Below are positions 1 through 10,805 of a stretch of DNA of 64,000 bases, piece by piece; the stretch's first letter is position 1; each line of letters starts with the position of its first letter. Both the position numbers and the translations under genes were made by a program. Source of the DNA: Deltaproteobacteria bacterium (lineage in GTDB: Bacteria; Myxococcota_A; Polyangia; Fen-1088); assembly GCA_033763315.1 (NCBI GenBank), contig JANRKS010000002.1:96001-160000 (forward strand), written 5' to 3'. The notes beneath the pieces are model-generated. The model saw only the letters and a list, made by a program, of their open reading frames with translations, had not been told where the DNA came from and did no database searches.

Positions 1-172
1 GGCGGCGGTGCACGACGATAAAAACATCTTGGCACGCGTCCTCAAGATCAGAAGCCCAGATGCCCATGCGCTGTAGCGTCAACCACACGAAGTGAGCGTG
101 GCTGTCATAGATCGAATCCACCGAAAGTGGTCGGGCCGGAGGAAGCTTGGATATGTGGGCGTGCTCGGGCAC
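1..172 (-). CDS. ECF RNA polymerase sigma factor, N-terminal part (runs off window)
   Basis: Manual translation from GTG at 172: ...SVDSIYDSHAHFVWLTLQRMGIWASDLEDACQDVFIVVHRR, a typical ECF sigma region 2 start; not in the ORF track because it is truncated. Confidence 0.8.
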   Translation of the reverse strand, partial: MPEHAHISKLPPARPLSVDSIYDSHAHFVWLTLQRMGIWASDLEDACQDVFIVVHRR

Positions 173-209
173 CGTTATGCTTTGGTAATGTGAGCTTCGG
201 CCGTTTCCT

Positions 210-1208
210 TCACTGAAATGAGACGCCCAACCCCAATCCGGCGTGGCTCCCAACGGCACTTGGCTGAAACACGGTGCGTTCGGTCCCCTCAACAAAGAAC
301 CGGTGGCGCACAACGGGCGCAACCAAACCTGCATCGAGGGCGATATGCACCGGTCCCCACAGCCTCCAGGCCGCGCAAACGTGAGCTTGGCCGGCCACAT
401 AAAGCCTGTCGCCCGGCGACGTGGGTGCGGGGCTGTAAGTGACGGCGTGAATCAATCCCCCCAACAGGTTGGCGCACCCGGTGACCCGCCAACGTTCCCG
501 CACCCAGCCACGGCACAGGCCCACCCAGGTGGCGGCCAACCCAAACGCGAAACTGCTGTCGCTGACGGGGCGCACTTGCGACAAAACCAGCGCCCCCGCC
601 TGCAGCTGCCAAAGCGCGGCCCGCGCATCGGTTTGTTTGTGCAACGCGATCTCTGTGTGCGTGCCCACCCCGTAAGCGGTTTGTGGCAAGAGGCCATGCG
701 ATACCACGCCCACAACAGCAACAGACGCATGCCGATCGGGTGCCTGCGTCGTCACAGGTACGCTTGCTTTTGCAGCCGGCGGTGGAGGACTCGGTTCGGC
801 TTGCAATGACAATGGATCGATCAACAGCGCGACCGCCAACGCCACGGCTTCACCCAAGGTTTGGCATTCCTCTTTCGTGCCGTGGAAGGTTCTTTCAGCG
901 GCGGTTTCATCGCCTTCAGCCATCCACACCCGCGCCTGCACATCCGTGCCGACCTCCGTCAGCAGAACCTCCACGCGCCGCTTGACCGCGTTGGCCGCAA
1001 GCGTGAATGGGTTGCGTCCCAATTTGCCAACCACGTTGGCGGCGATCGCGACGGCGTCGGGGCACAGATTCAAATGCGGCGTGCGCACCACTGACAACAC
1101 GGTGTCGGCTGGCACTTCCGCAAAAGCAGGGGAGCACATCAACGTCAACGTCCAAACGGCACCGACAAACCACAGGTTCATGCGGTTGATTTGGGCGGGC
1201 TGCACCAC
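210..1208 (-). CDS. Secreted hypothetical protein (myxobacterial ECF-operon-associated type)
   Basis: 332 aa ORF with signal-like N-terminus, Pro-rich linker and beta-strand-rich C-terminus ending GLGVSFQ; directly upstream of the ECF sigma. Confidence 0.6.
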   Translation of the reverse strand: MVQPAQINRMNLWFVGAVWTLTLMCSPAFAEVPADTVLSVVRTPHLNLCPDAVAIAANVVGKLGRNPFTLAANAVKRRVEVLLTEVGTDVQARVWMAEGDETAAERTFHGTKEECQTLGEAVALAVALLIDPLSLQAEPSPPPPAAKASVPVTTQAPDRHASVAVVGVVSHGLLPQTAYGVGTHTEIALHKQTDARAALWQLQAGALVLSQVRPVSDSSFAFGLAATWVGLCRGWVRERWRVTGCANLLGGLIHAVTYSPAPTSPGDRLYVAGQAHVCAAWRLWGPVHIALDAGLVAPVVRHRFFVEGTERTVFQPSAVGSHAGLGLGVSFQ

Positions 1209-1243
1209 GGCCCCAAACTATGCCATAACTTTGCGAGAGCCTC

Positions 1244-1963
1244 GTGGCTTTCGTGGACACCGCCAGCGCAGGCGGTCATGCTGCGCGCATGTTGTTGCGA
1301 GACGCCGTGGTGCAAGGCCTGCGGGCCGCCCGGGCGAACGTGCGGCCTGGCTTGATCCTGTGGGCCATGGCTTTGCTGGTGGTTGGTGGTTACTATTTTT
1401 CCCACCAAGCGCGCGCAGCCTTGGATGCGTTGGCGGCGTTTAAAGAACGGTGGGGCTATGGGTTCGCGATCGTGTCCACGGCCTTGTGGGGGGCCGTGAT
1501 TCCGTCTGTGTTTTTGCGCCTGTTCCACCGCAAGCACATGCTTTCGCTCGGCTCATTCATCTTCTTGGTGGTTTTCTGGGGCTGCAAAGGCGCCGAAGTG
1601 AATTGGCTCTACGAGGTGTTGGCCCGGGTTGTCGGCACCGACTCATCGCTGCGCACGGTGCTCATCAAATGCTCTTTGGATCAATTGCTCTATGGGCCGC
1701 TATGGGCTGTGCCAACTTTGGCGCTGGCTTACTTATGGCGCGACAAGGGCTTCTCCTGGCGGCGGACCTGGGCGGCCCTCGATCGCCATTTCTACGAAAC
1801 AACGGCCTTGCCCATGTTGTTGGCCAACTGGGGGGTGTGGATTCCCACCGTGGCGGCGATCTACGCGTTGCCGACGGGCTTGCAATTGCCCATGCAGAAT
1901 TTGGCGCTGTGCTTGTGGTCACTGATGTTGGCGTTTATGACCGGCAAGCCAGCCACGGCTTGA
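1244..1963 (+). CDS. Mpv17/PMP22 family membrane protein
   Basis: Hydrophobic; motifs K..LDQLLYGP and NWGVWIP...IYALP..LQLP..N. Confidence 0.75.
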   Translation: MAFVDTASAGGHAARMLLRDAVVQGLRAARANVRPGLILWAMALLVVGGYYFSHQARAALDALAAFKERWGYGFAIVSTALWGAVIPSVFLRLFHRKHMLSLGSFIFLVVFWGCKGAEVNWLYEVLARVVGTDSSLRTVLIKCSLDQLLYGPLWAVPTLALAYLWRDKGFSWRRTWAALDRHFYETTALPMLLANWGVWIPTVAAIYALPTGLQLPMQNLALCLWSLMLAFMTGKPATA

Positions 1964-1970
1964 ACATCTC

Positions 1971-4900
1971 ATGTCAACAACCGAGCCCGAATCCCCAGAC
2001 GTTTCCCTGCCGCCCCGTGAGGCGGGAGCGCTGCGCGTGTGGGCGGCCGCCCATGGCGTTGAACCGTTCTTGAGCATGCTGGCCGTGGGCACGCCCGACT
2101 CGCCCATTCCGCACTACATGGCCAGCGGGCAACAAACGGCGTTGACCTTCGAAGACATCCTGACGGGCAGTCCGCGCTTGCTGGGTTCGCTTGGTAAGTT
2201 GCTGCAAGACGCGGTGGCCGAACGCCTGCAAGCCTTTGCGCGCGCCCGTCGCCAGGCATTGCTCGAACTGCACACACGCGCGGCCTATGTGCCACCCAAT
2301 GATCCCGTATTGGCGGGCTTTTTTGATTGGTTGCGCGCCTCCCTGCCGTTTTTAGATCAAGCGCCGCGGCTGCTCGGGCGCTATTGCGGCAGCACGGTAT
2401 CGCTTTGGCGCGAAACCCGCCCTTACCTCGTTTTCAAAGAAGAAGATCTCTATGCGCCCACCTCGCGCAGCACCACCTACTGTTGCTTGCAACTGATGGG
2501 TTGGGAAACGGCATTGCCGCGGCTCACGTTGTGGACCGATCGGCGCCACACAGATGTGGCCCCCCCTCGCGACGTGCAGTTGGCCGCCACGCATGCGTTC
2601 TTGAAGTTCATCAGCGACGCGTCAGCGTCGCAAGCACGCGACCTCAAAGACGTGCTGGCGACGCCGGGCTGGACGTATGTGTTGCGTGAACTTGATGAAG
2701 AGCTTGATCGATCTGATCTATCTGCGCCGCAAGACACAACACCTGAACGCATCGGGTTTCGTCTGCGCACCGTTGGGGGGCGCTTCACCGTGGAACCCGT
2801 CTTGCAGAAGCGCCGCAAAAACGGCCAGGGCTATTCCACCGGGGCGCGCCTCGACTGGCGTGAGCTGCGGGTCAAATCGTCGAGCTTGGACGCCCACGAT
2901 CTGCGTGTGGTGCGCGCATATTTTGATCCCATGCACTTTGATCCCACGATGGCGCCGAGCAATGGCGATGCGGCTGTGTTTGCTTGCTTGTCGGCGATGG
3001 CGGATCACCCGCGCTGTTATGTGGAGGGGCAGGGCGAAACGCCACTTGTGATCGAGAACGCACGTTTGCTCGTGCGGTTTACCGAGGATGCGGGCGGCAA
3101 TCTTCTGCCGGGGTTCGAGCTGGGGCCGCTGTCGTTGTCACCCGCGCAGATGATGAAAGCCGCGCGGGATGGCCGGCACGTCATCGCTGTGTCCCCCGTA
3201 GATCCCAACCACGTGGTCTTGGCGGCATTGAATCCAGCCACCGCCGCTGTGGTGCGCGCGTTCGCCGCAGCACCGGTGCCCATCTCCGTTGAAGCGAAAG
3301 AAGATTTATTGGCGCGCTTGCAGCCCATCCAGCCGCTTGTGGATATGGAGTTGCCGGCGAGTTGGATCGGCGAGATCAAACGCCAGGAGCCACGCTTGGT
3401 GGTGCGTTTGGTGCCCGAGCAAAACGGTGCCTTGGGCGTCGAGGTCTACGTGCGGCCGATGCCCAACGGTCCCGCTTGGCCCGTGTCACAAGGGCCAAGT
3501 GTGGTGATGGGCGGCGTGTTCTCGCAACGTCATTCGGTGCAACGCGATTTCGCCGAAGAAGAAGGCTTGGCCGCTGCGTTGGAAGACAAGTTGAAGCTCA
3601 ATGCATTCGCCATCGAAGGCGCGCACAAGTTCTACTTACCCGCGGGCGATGGCGTGTTCGATTGGTTGACGGAGCTCAAGCAGCACAGCGAAAGTCTAGA
3701 TGTGCAGTGGCCGCGCGGAGGTGCCTTGCAATCAGGCGGGTCGGTGGGCAAAGGCCAACTGCAGTTGCGCGTGAACACGCAGCGCGAATGGTTCGCCGTG
3801 GATGGCAACGCCCGCCTGCAAGATGGTACCGATGTGCGCTTGGCCGAACTGCTCACGGCTGCACGAGAAGGCCGCCGGTATGTGTTGGTGCAGGGCAACC
3901 GCTTTGCCAAGCTCGAAGAAGAGTTGCGCACACTGTTGGCCGCGGCCGATGGCGATCTGTCCGTGCACCAAGGTGCGTTCAAGGTGGGCCGCACGCATGT
4001 GCAGTCACTCATCGAACTCGTGCAGCATCCCGAGCAAATGGCCGCCGATGCGGCGTTTGAAGCCTTCCGTCGGCGCTTGGACGAAAGCCAAGAGGTGGTG
4101 CCGCGCGTGGGTGAAACGCTGGGCGCGGCGTTGCGCCCTTACCAATGGGACGGGGTGCGGTTTCTCGCGCGTTTGGCCCATTGGAATGCGGGCGCCGTGC
4201 TCGCCGACGAAATGGGATTGGGCAAAACGCTGCAGGCGCTGGCCTTGCTTGAACACCGCGCGGCGCTGGGGCCCGCGATCGTTGTTTGCCCCACATCTGT
4301 GTCAGCGAACTGGCTGCAAGAGGCCGCGCGGTTTTCGCCTGATCTCAAGGTCATCTCATATCGAGAAGGCGCCCGCGAAAAGCTATTGCCTGGGGTGGGA
4401 GCGGGGGATGTGCTCGTGGCCAGCTACGCGATTGCTGCGCTCGATGTTGAGGCCCTATCCACTGTGCCGTTTGCCACGCTGGTATTGGATGAAGCACAAT
4501 CGATCAAGAACGCACAAACAGATCGCGCGCGTGCCGTGAGGCGCTTGCAGGCCGATTGGAAGCTGGCGCTCACTGGAACGCCGCTTGAAAACCGCTTAAG
4601 CGAATTGTGGAGCTTGTTTCACACCATTTCGCCCGGTTTGCTTGGCAGTTGGCAACGCTTTCGCAGCGTGTTCGGAGTGCCCATCGAACGCTACAACGAT
4701 GCGGAACGCCGGCGCCGCTTGGCGCAGGTGGTGCGCCCTTATCTTTTGCGCCGACGCAAAACAGACGTGGCGCAAGAGCTGCCCCCGCGCACACCGATGG
4801 TGCGCAAAGTGGTGCTCTCGGCGGTGGAGGCGCGCCACTATGAAACGTTGCGCGCGGCCACCGTGGACGCGCTCTCGAAGAAGAAACGCAAAGAGCGCGA

Positions 4901-5539
4901 CGAACACCCGGACGTGCGCATGATGCTGCTGGCAGCGTTGACACGCCTGCGACAATTGGCTTGCCACCCGCGCTTGGTTCACCCCGACGCCGGTCCTTCC
5001 TCCGCGAAGTTGGATGAACTTGTGCGGTTGGCGCTTGAGTTTCACGACAATGGCAGCCGCATGCTGGTGTTCTCGCAGTTCCGTTCGTTTCTCGACATTG
5101 CCGAGCCCGCCTTGAACGCCGCCGGATTAACCACGCTGCGCCTCGATGGCACCACACCTGCGCGGCTGCGTGGTGAATTGGTGGATAAGTTTCAAGCCGG
5201 GCAGGGCGATGCGTTCTTCATCTCGCTCAAAGCGGGCGGCGTGGGCTTGAACCTCACGGGCGCCGATGTGGTGATTCATCTTGATCCGTGGTGGAACCCA
5301 GCCGTTGAAGATCAAGCAAGCGATCGTGCCACCGCATCGGTCAAACCAAGCCCGTCACGATTATGCGCTTGGTGGCGCAAGACACCGTTGAGGAAGCCGT
5401 GCTGGCCCTGCATGAAGACAAACGAGCCCTGCTTGAAGGCGTGCTTGAAGGCACGGACGTGGCCGGTGCGTTGTCGGTCGATGATCTGGTGAGCCTCATC
5501 AAATCGCCTCGCTCCGCCACCGGCTTCGGCCTGGCCTAG
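1971..5539 (+). CDS. SNF2-family (DEAH-type) helicase/ATPase with apparent 1-bp frameshift at ~5330
   Basis: LRPYQ, LADEMGLGKT, LDEAQ, LTGTPLEN, LVFSQF, SLKAGGVGLNL, DPWWNPAVEDQA; motif VI (HRIGQ) continues in the -1 frame to TAG at 5539. Confidence 0.9.
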
Positions 5540-6141
5540 CGGGGCTTCTTTGCCAGCACCAACAAGCGGTTCAGACCCGTGGCATTTGCGCCAACAGACA
5601 CTGGATGAACCAGCTTCGCTGCCAACCCCGCTGCCCGCAACGCCGCCCGCACATGCGGTTCGCTGTGCCGGCAGCCGCCCGGATCGTCGCCCGCGACCCC
5701 CAAAGTGGTGCCTTCTTCGGCGTAGCCGACTGTGAATGCCACTAGCCCCTGGGGGCGCAGTGAGGTGGCAAAAGCAGCCAACCAGCTATCTAGTGTGCCA
5801 CTCGACGAGCTTGCCGTCGCGCAGGTCAGAAGATCGAAGGCACTTCGATTCGCGCGGAAGAACGATGGGACATCCGCCGTTACGACATCCGTGTAGACCC
5901 TGGAGCCATCATGGCGCAGACGTCTCGCCTGATCGGCCAGCGCAGCCGACGGCTCCACTCCCACGAGGGTTTCGCCTAGCGGCGAAAAGATGGGCCCACA
6001 TAAACCGAAACCACAACTGGCCTCGGCCGTGGCCCCCTTACCGCAAACATACCCCTGGTATTCCAACACGACTTCGGACACGAAGCGGGCACACCCCAAG
6101 GCCAGGTCCATCGTCGGTGCAGAGTCTTCGTGCTCTTCCAA
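5536..6141 (-). CDS. Degenerate class I SAM-dependent methyltransferase-like protein
   Basis: SCGFGLCG (motif I-like), LVGVE, FDLL, LRPQGLVAFTV, HSEPHVRAAL resemble the C-terminal MTase domain of TPR-methyltransferases. Confidence 0.5.
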   Translation of the reverse strand: MEEHEDSAPTMDLALGCARFVSEVVLEYQGYVCGKGATAEASCGFGLCGPIFSPLGETLVGVEPSAALADQARRLRHDGSRVYTDVVTADVPSFFRANRSAFDLLTCATASSSSGTLDSWLAAFATSLRPQGLVAFTVGYAEEGTTLGVAGDDPGGCRHSEPHVRAALRAAGLAAKLVHPVSVGANATGLNRLLVLAKKPR

Positions 6142-6451
6142 AGGCGTGACTTTATCACGTCAAGAGACCTTCCTCTTGAAGGCGTGAGCCCAATGAAAAT
6201 CATCGGTGCGCTCCATGAGCAGCGTGTGCGTCGAAAGGGCCAACGACGTCTTGTGTAACATAGACAGACATGTGGGTCCCCGTGCCCGTCGCGGCCCTTT
6301 GTTGAGGTGCATGGCCGCATGAATCGAACTTTTTTCCCGTATTGCCTAAGTATTTACTCACATTAGACACACCTTAGCGCTAAGACCACGGGCTGCGGCG
6401 CCCTGCGCACGGGCCCCCAAACGACGCTTGGTTGTCTCTTAGGAAGTTCCG

Positions 6452-7777
6452 ATGCCCATGCAAACGTCCACCTTTCTCACGCCCCTGGCACTGGCCGCTT
6501 TTGTTGCAAGCTGCACTTTAGGCGGCTGCCAGCCCCAAGGAGAGGACGGCCCTAGCGGTGAAGGTGGCGCGGGAGGCGAGTTCACGGATGACGGCGGCAG
6601 GGCGGGCAGCGATTCGCCCATCGGTGGGGGGGGCGGCGCCGCTGGCGGTGGCCAAGCCGGGTCGTCTCAAGCGGGCAGCGGTGCTGGGGGCCAAGCGGGG
6701 GCGTCTCAAGGCGGCGCCGCTGGCGGTGGCCAAGCTGGTTCTCAAGGCGGCAAGGGAGGTGCAGCGGGTGCGGCACCTGTGCGTGTCGACTTTGGCATCG
6801 ATAGCCTGCCTGACAACACCACTTGCATCGCCATAGCGACCGCCACCGATACAATTCCACCCAAGCTCAGCGACACGGGATGCGTGCAGAAGCAAAACCC
6901 CCGCGAGCCCGCAACAGGCGTGATCCCCTACGACGTCGCTTCGCCCCTGTGGTCTGACGGCGCCAGCAAACGTCGTTTTATGGCGTTGCCTGCAGGCGGG
7001 AAGATCAAGGTCCAAGCGGATGGCGACTGGGAGCTTCCCATCGGCACCACGCTGATCAAAACGTTTGAGCTTGATGGGCAGATGCTGGAGACGCGTTTCA
7101 TGGTCCGTCTCAAGGACGGTTCGTGGCTCGGTTATACGTACCAGTGGCCGCCGAATGGCACAGACGCGATGTTGCAAGACAAGGACGCGGCTGATCGAAA
7201 GGTTGGCAACATCAGATGGACGTTCCCCAGTCGCGCCAATTGCTTGGCCTGTCACACCGAGGCGGCGGGGCGATCGCTTGGGCTTGAGACCGCGCAGCTC
7301 AACTCCGACTTCGTGTACAGCGGAAACAAGGTGGCCAACCAGTTGGCAACCTTCACTCATCTGGCGTTGTTTACAGCGCCGATTGGCGATCCGGCGAAGC
7401 TTCCCGCACTGCCCAACCCGTTGACCTCCACAACGGCCACCACAGAAGCGCGCGCTCGTTCTTATCTGCATTCAAATTGTTCACACTGCCACCGGCCCGG
7501 CGGGGCCATGGAGGTCTCCTTGGATCTTCGCTACGCCACGACATTGGCGCAAACCAAAACGTGCAACGTGGTGCCTTCCAAGACCACCTACAACATTCCT
7601 GGCGCCATGTTGATCGCGCCGGGCAGCGCGGGTCCCGACAGCCAGTCGATTGTTTCTGTTCGTCTAAACAGCACCATTGCAAACATTCGCATGCCGGCCC
7701 TAGGCACCAGTGTCCTCAATACGCAGGCGGTCGCTCTCATCGACGCCTGGATCACTAAATTGAAGGCGTGTCCCTAG
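6452..7777 (+). CDS. Lipoprotein, SO2930-like diheme c-type cytochrome with Gly-rich tether
   Basis: Lipobox-like LGGC, Gly-rich linker, SPLWSDGA.KRRF, CLACH and RARSYLHSNCSHCH heme motifs, RMPALG. Confidence 0.8.
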   Translation: MPMQTSTFLTPLALAAFVASCTLGGCQPQGEDGPSGEGGAGGEFTDDGGRAGSDSPIGGGGGAAGGGQAGSSQAGSGAGGQAGASQGGAAGGGQAGSQGGKGGAAGAAPVRVDFGIDSLPDNTTCIAIATATDTIPPKLSDTGCVQKQNPREPATGVIPYDVASPLWSDGASKRRFMALPAGGKIKVQADGDWELPIGTTLIKTFELDGQMLETRFMVRLKDGSWLGYTYQWPPNGTDAMLQDKDAADRKVGNIRWTFPSRANCLACHTEAAGRSLGLETAQLNSDFVYSGNKVANQLATFTHLALFTAPIGDPAKLPALPNPLTSTTATTEARARSYLHSNCSHCHRPGGAMEVSLDLRYATTLAQTKTCNVVPSKTTYNIPGAMLIAPGSAGPDSQSIVSVRLNSTIANIRMPALGTSVLNTQAVALIDAWITKLKACP

Positions 7778-7821
7778 ATGTTCGCAGGAACGCCCGACAC
7801 CTAACCATCTTAAGAGGTCCA

Positions 7822-9351
7822 ATGAAGCGTCACACTAAGTTCGTTGTTTCCATGCTTGCGAGCGCCACCGCCATGGCGGTGGCCGTCGTTTCCTGTTCGT
7901 CGTCATCGTCCAATAAGGGCGGTAACGGTGGCGATTCCGGAGGCTCGGGTGGTGAGGATGTCTCTGGAGGAAAAGGTGGTGATTCTGGCGCTGGTGGGAG
8001 CAGCAACAACACCGCGGGAGGCTCAGGAGGCAACGTAAACGGCGGCAACGGAGGTAATGGCGGGGGATCGGCTGGTGGCAGTGGCGGAACCTTATCCGTC
8101 GTGAACACAGCTAGCTGCGTTCCTCCAAAACTCAAGTTGACGTCCGTGGCCACGGCGTCTGACAGCGTTATGGCGATCGCCCAAGCGGAAGGCGATCCAC
8201 GCATCTTCGTGGTTGAACTGAGCGGCATCATTCGAATCTTGCGCGATGGCAAACTTGAGCCCACGCCGTTTGCAGACTTCACCGACAGCGTGATGATCGC
8301 GGGCAATGACGGCACGTCGGAGCGGGGCCTGCTCAACTTGGCCTTACATCCGCAGTTCAAAACGAACGGCCGCTTCTTCGTGTTCTACACGCGCAGAGCG
8401 GCGGATCCCCTTTCCTCGGGCGCTGCGGGCGACATCGTCATCGCTGAGGGCAAGCAATCCACGACGCCCGACAAAGCGGAAACAACGCTGAAGGTCTTCA
8501 CCACCGTGACACACCCCGAGGACAATCACATTGGCGGTATGTTGGGATTCGGGCCTGATGGCAAACTCTATGCGGGCATTGGGGATGGCGGGGGCGGTTG
8601 GGACAAGTTCAAAGCGGGCCAAGACGATAAACAGAAGCTGGCCAAGATCCTGCGATTTGATGTCGATAAGCCGTCCGAGACCGTGCCCGGCAACCTAAAG
8701 GCCGCTGGCGCCGACATTCACTCGTGGGCCAAGGGGGTGCGCAACCCATTCCGAGGCAGCTTCGATCGCGCCACCGGAGATATGTATTTTGGCGACGTGG
8801 GAGAGGCTAGCTACGAGGAAGTGAACTTCGTACCTCCGGGCCAAAGTGATCTGAACTTTGGATGGGGATACGACCCCACACTGGTTGAGGGACAACATCA
8901 AAAACAGTCGGGCATGGAGGGATTGCATCCTTTCCCCTATTTCACGGCTGTGGCGTGGCAGCCTAGAGATTATCTGCCCGTATTTGAGTACCCACACGAT
9001 GGCCCCGGATGGAGTGCCGCCGCTGCGTCCTATATGAGGATGGGGTTCTCGTGCGGCGGCGGAGATAGTTCCGCCTGTTCGGCAGCGGTCGTGGGCGGAT
9101 TCGTGTACCGAGGCAAGAAGATCCCTGCGATGTACGGACGCTACGTGTTCGGCGACAACCCGCGCAACAAGATCAATTCGTTCATCGTCAAAGACAAGAA
9201 GGCCACCTGCGAGGCCGATCTGTCAGACGATCTAGAGGTGAAGGCCGCCGGAACTCGTGTAGGCGGGCTCAGTGGCTTCGGCGAGGATGCAGCCGGCGAA
9301 CTTTACGTCCTTGACTTGGATAAGCACATCTATCGGATCGAAGCCGAGTGA
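7822..9351 (+). CDS. PQQ-dependent glucose/sorbosone dehydrogenase family lipoprotein
   Basis: ATG 7822 after AGAGG; lipobox VVSC; ERGLLNLALHPQF, FGPDGKLYAGIGDGG, GVRNPFR, GDVG...EEVN, GGFVYRG, FGEDAAGELY. Confidence 0.85.
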   Translation: MKRHTKFVVSMLASATAMAVAVVSCSSSSSNKGGNGGDSGGSGGEDVSGGKGGDSGAGGSSNNTAGGSGGNVNGGNGGNGGGSAGGSGGTLSVVNTASCVPPKLKLTSVATASDSVMAIAQAEGDPRIFVVELSGIIRILRDGKLEPTPFADFTDSVMIAGNDGTSERGLLNLALHPQFKTNGRFFVFYTRRAADPLSSGAAGDIVIAEGKQSTTPDKAETTLKVFTTVTHPEDNHIGGMLGFGPDGKLYAGIGDGGGGWDKFKAGQDDKQKLAKILRFDVDKPSETVPGNLKAAGADIHSWAKGVRNPFRGSFDRATGDMYFGDVGEASYEEVNFVPPGQSDLNFGWGYDPTLVEGQHQKQSGMEGLHPFPYFTAVAWQPRDYLPVFEYPHDGPGWSAAAASYMRMGFSCGGGDSSACSAAVVGGFVYRGKKIPAMYGRYVFGDNPRNKINSFIVKDKKATCEADLSDDLEVKAAGTRVGGLSGFGEDAAGELYVLDLDKHIYRIEAE

Positions 9352-9414
9352 CAAAACGACGGCGTCGGATGAGCGCAACGCGACTTCGGCGCCGTTGGAA
9401 TGAGAGCACGGGGC

Positions 9415-10788
9415 CTAAAACACGCCCGTGATAGGCCCGGGCTTGACGCCCTTGGCCTGGGTGCCGAAGGTGGTGTCCTTCTGACCGAACGCCTGCAGCA
9501 CGGTGACGTAGAGGTTGTTGAGCGACTGATCGGTGGAATTCCACACTTGCTCGACGTCGGTGAACGAAAGCAGCCGCCCCATCTTCACGTCAGGACCCAG
9601 GCTGCCCGCCAACACCGCATGCACCGAATTGCCGTTGTGGCCCGCGCCATAGCCGAAGTCGCACGTCCATTGAATGGCTGTGTGATCCAACAACGATCCG
9701 CCTTCTTCCTGCACCTCAGAGAAGCGCGACATCATTTTCGCAAACCGCGACGCATACCAACGGTAACCCGACAGCAGCCCGCTGATGTTGCGCTTGGATT
9801 CCCCCGCGTGCACCATGTCGTGCCAGTTCGCGTATCCCGAAAGAAAGCCGCTGAAGACGCCCGGGTCGTGATCGTCTGTGAACTCGACGGTTGCCACGGG
9901 TGTGAGGTTGCACGCGAACGCCATCGCCAGGATCTCGATTTGCGCTTCGGCGCTGGCTTCGTGGTTCGCGTCGGGGTTAAAGCCCGCCGGCAAGGTCAGC
10001 TTCGGGGTTGTGCATGACGTGCTGCCTTGCGCGGCAAAACGCATCTCAAGCTCGCGAAGCTTATCTGAGTGTTGATCCAAACGGCGTTTGTCTTCGGTGC
10101 CAAGCCGCGAGCGGAAGCTGGCCATATTCTCCTTCACGCCGTCGAGCACTGACTTGCGACGCAAAGCCAAACGTTCCAGTTCTTTGGCCGACTGATCGTT
10201 CGTGGTGAACAGCGAAGCCAGCACCTTGCGCGGATCGCCCTGCGATTCAATGCGATCGCCGGGGCCCGCATAAAGCCGTATCTTCGCCGAGCGGCCCACA
10301 GCCAAATTCAAGCTTGAGCGCTGGCCCGTTTTGCGAATGCGCGACGACAGCACCTGATCAAACGATGGCCCCGTGCCATTGGGGGCGCACGTCAAACACG
10401 TGCTCTGCTTCGTGGTGTGGCCATCGCCGGTCGCGAGATCCGAGACTTTGTTGTCGATGCCGCGCAGAAACAGCATGCGATCTTTGTAGGGAGCGATCGG
10501 CTCCAAAATGGAACCCAGCTTGAAGTCGGTGGGGCTGGTCCCCGGGATCGCCCACTGGTTGTATTGCGTTCCCTGCCCTTGGTGCCACAACAAGAAGCGC
10601 TTTGGCACGCCGGGCGCGGCTTGCGCTTTGCCGCTGAGCGCTTCGATGAATGGCAGACCCAAGGTGATGCCGCCCACGCCCCGCAACAGCGCGCGTCGGC
10701 CCAAAACGAATGCACCAGTCTTGTGCGCTTGTGCGTGTTGTAACTCTTGGTCAACCCGCTTTTGATCGGCGGCCACTTTGCGATTCAT
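9415..10788 (-). CDS. DUF1552 domain protein
   Basis: Start refined to ATG 10788 (AGGAGG upstream); RRALLRG..G.TLGLPF.EAL, SFDQV, RRKSVLD, DKRRLDQH...LRELE. Confidence 0.85.
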   Translation of the reverse strand: MNRKVAADQKRVDQELQHAQAHKTGAFVLGRRALLRGVGGITLGLPFIEALSGKAQAAPGVPKRFLLWHQGQGTQYNQWAIPGTSPTDFKLGSILEPIAPYKDRMLFLRGIDNKVSDLATGDGHTTKQSTCLTCAPNGTGPSFDQVLSSRIRKTGQRSSLNLAVGRSAKIRLYAGPGDRIESQGDPRKVLASLFTTNDQSAKELERLALRRKSVLDGVKENMASFRSRLGTEDKRRLDQHSDKLRELEMRFAAQGSTSCTTPKLTLPAGFNPDANHEASAEAQIEILAMAFACNLTPVATVEFTDDHDPGVFSGFLSGYANWHDMVHAGESKRNISGLLSGYRWYASRFAKMMSRFSEVQEEGGSLLDHTAIQWTCDFGYGAGHNGNSVHAVLAGSLGPDVKMGRLLSFTDVEQVWNSTDQSLNNLYVTVLQAFGQKDTTFGTQAKGVKPGPITGVF

Positions 10789-10805
10789 GGTGGTTCCTCC
10801 TGCGC

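Noticed and set aside
6560-8100. GGC-rich repeats (e.g. GGCGGCGCCGCTGGCGGTGGCCAAGC twice) as CRISPR or VNTR
   Set aside because: In-frame Gly-rich linker coding; no regular repeat-spacer period. No CRISPR array was seen anywhere in the window
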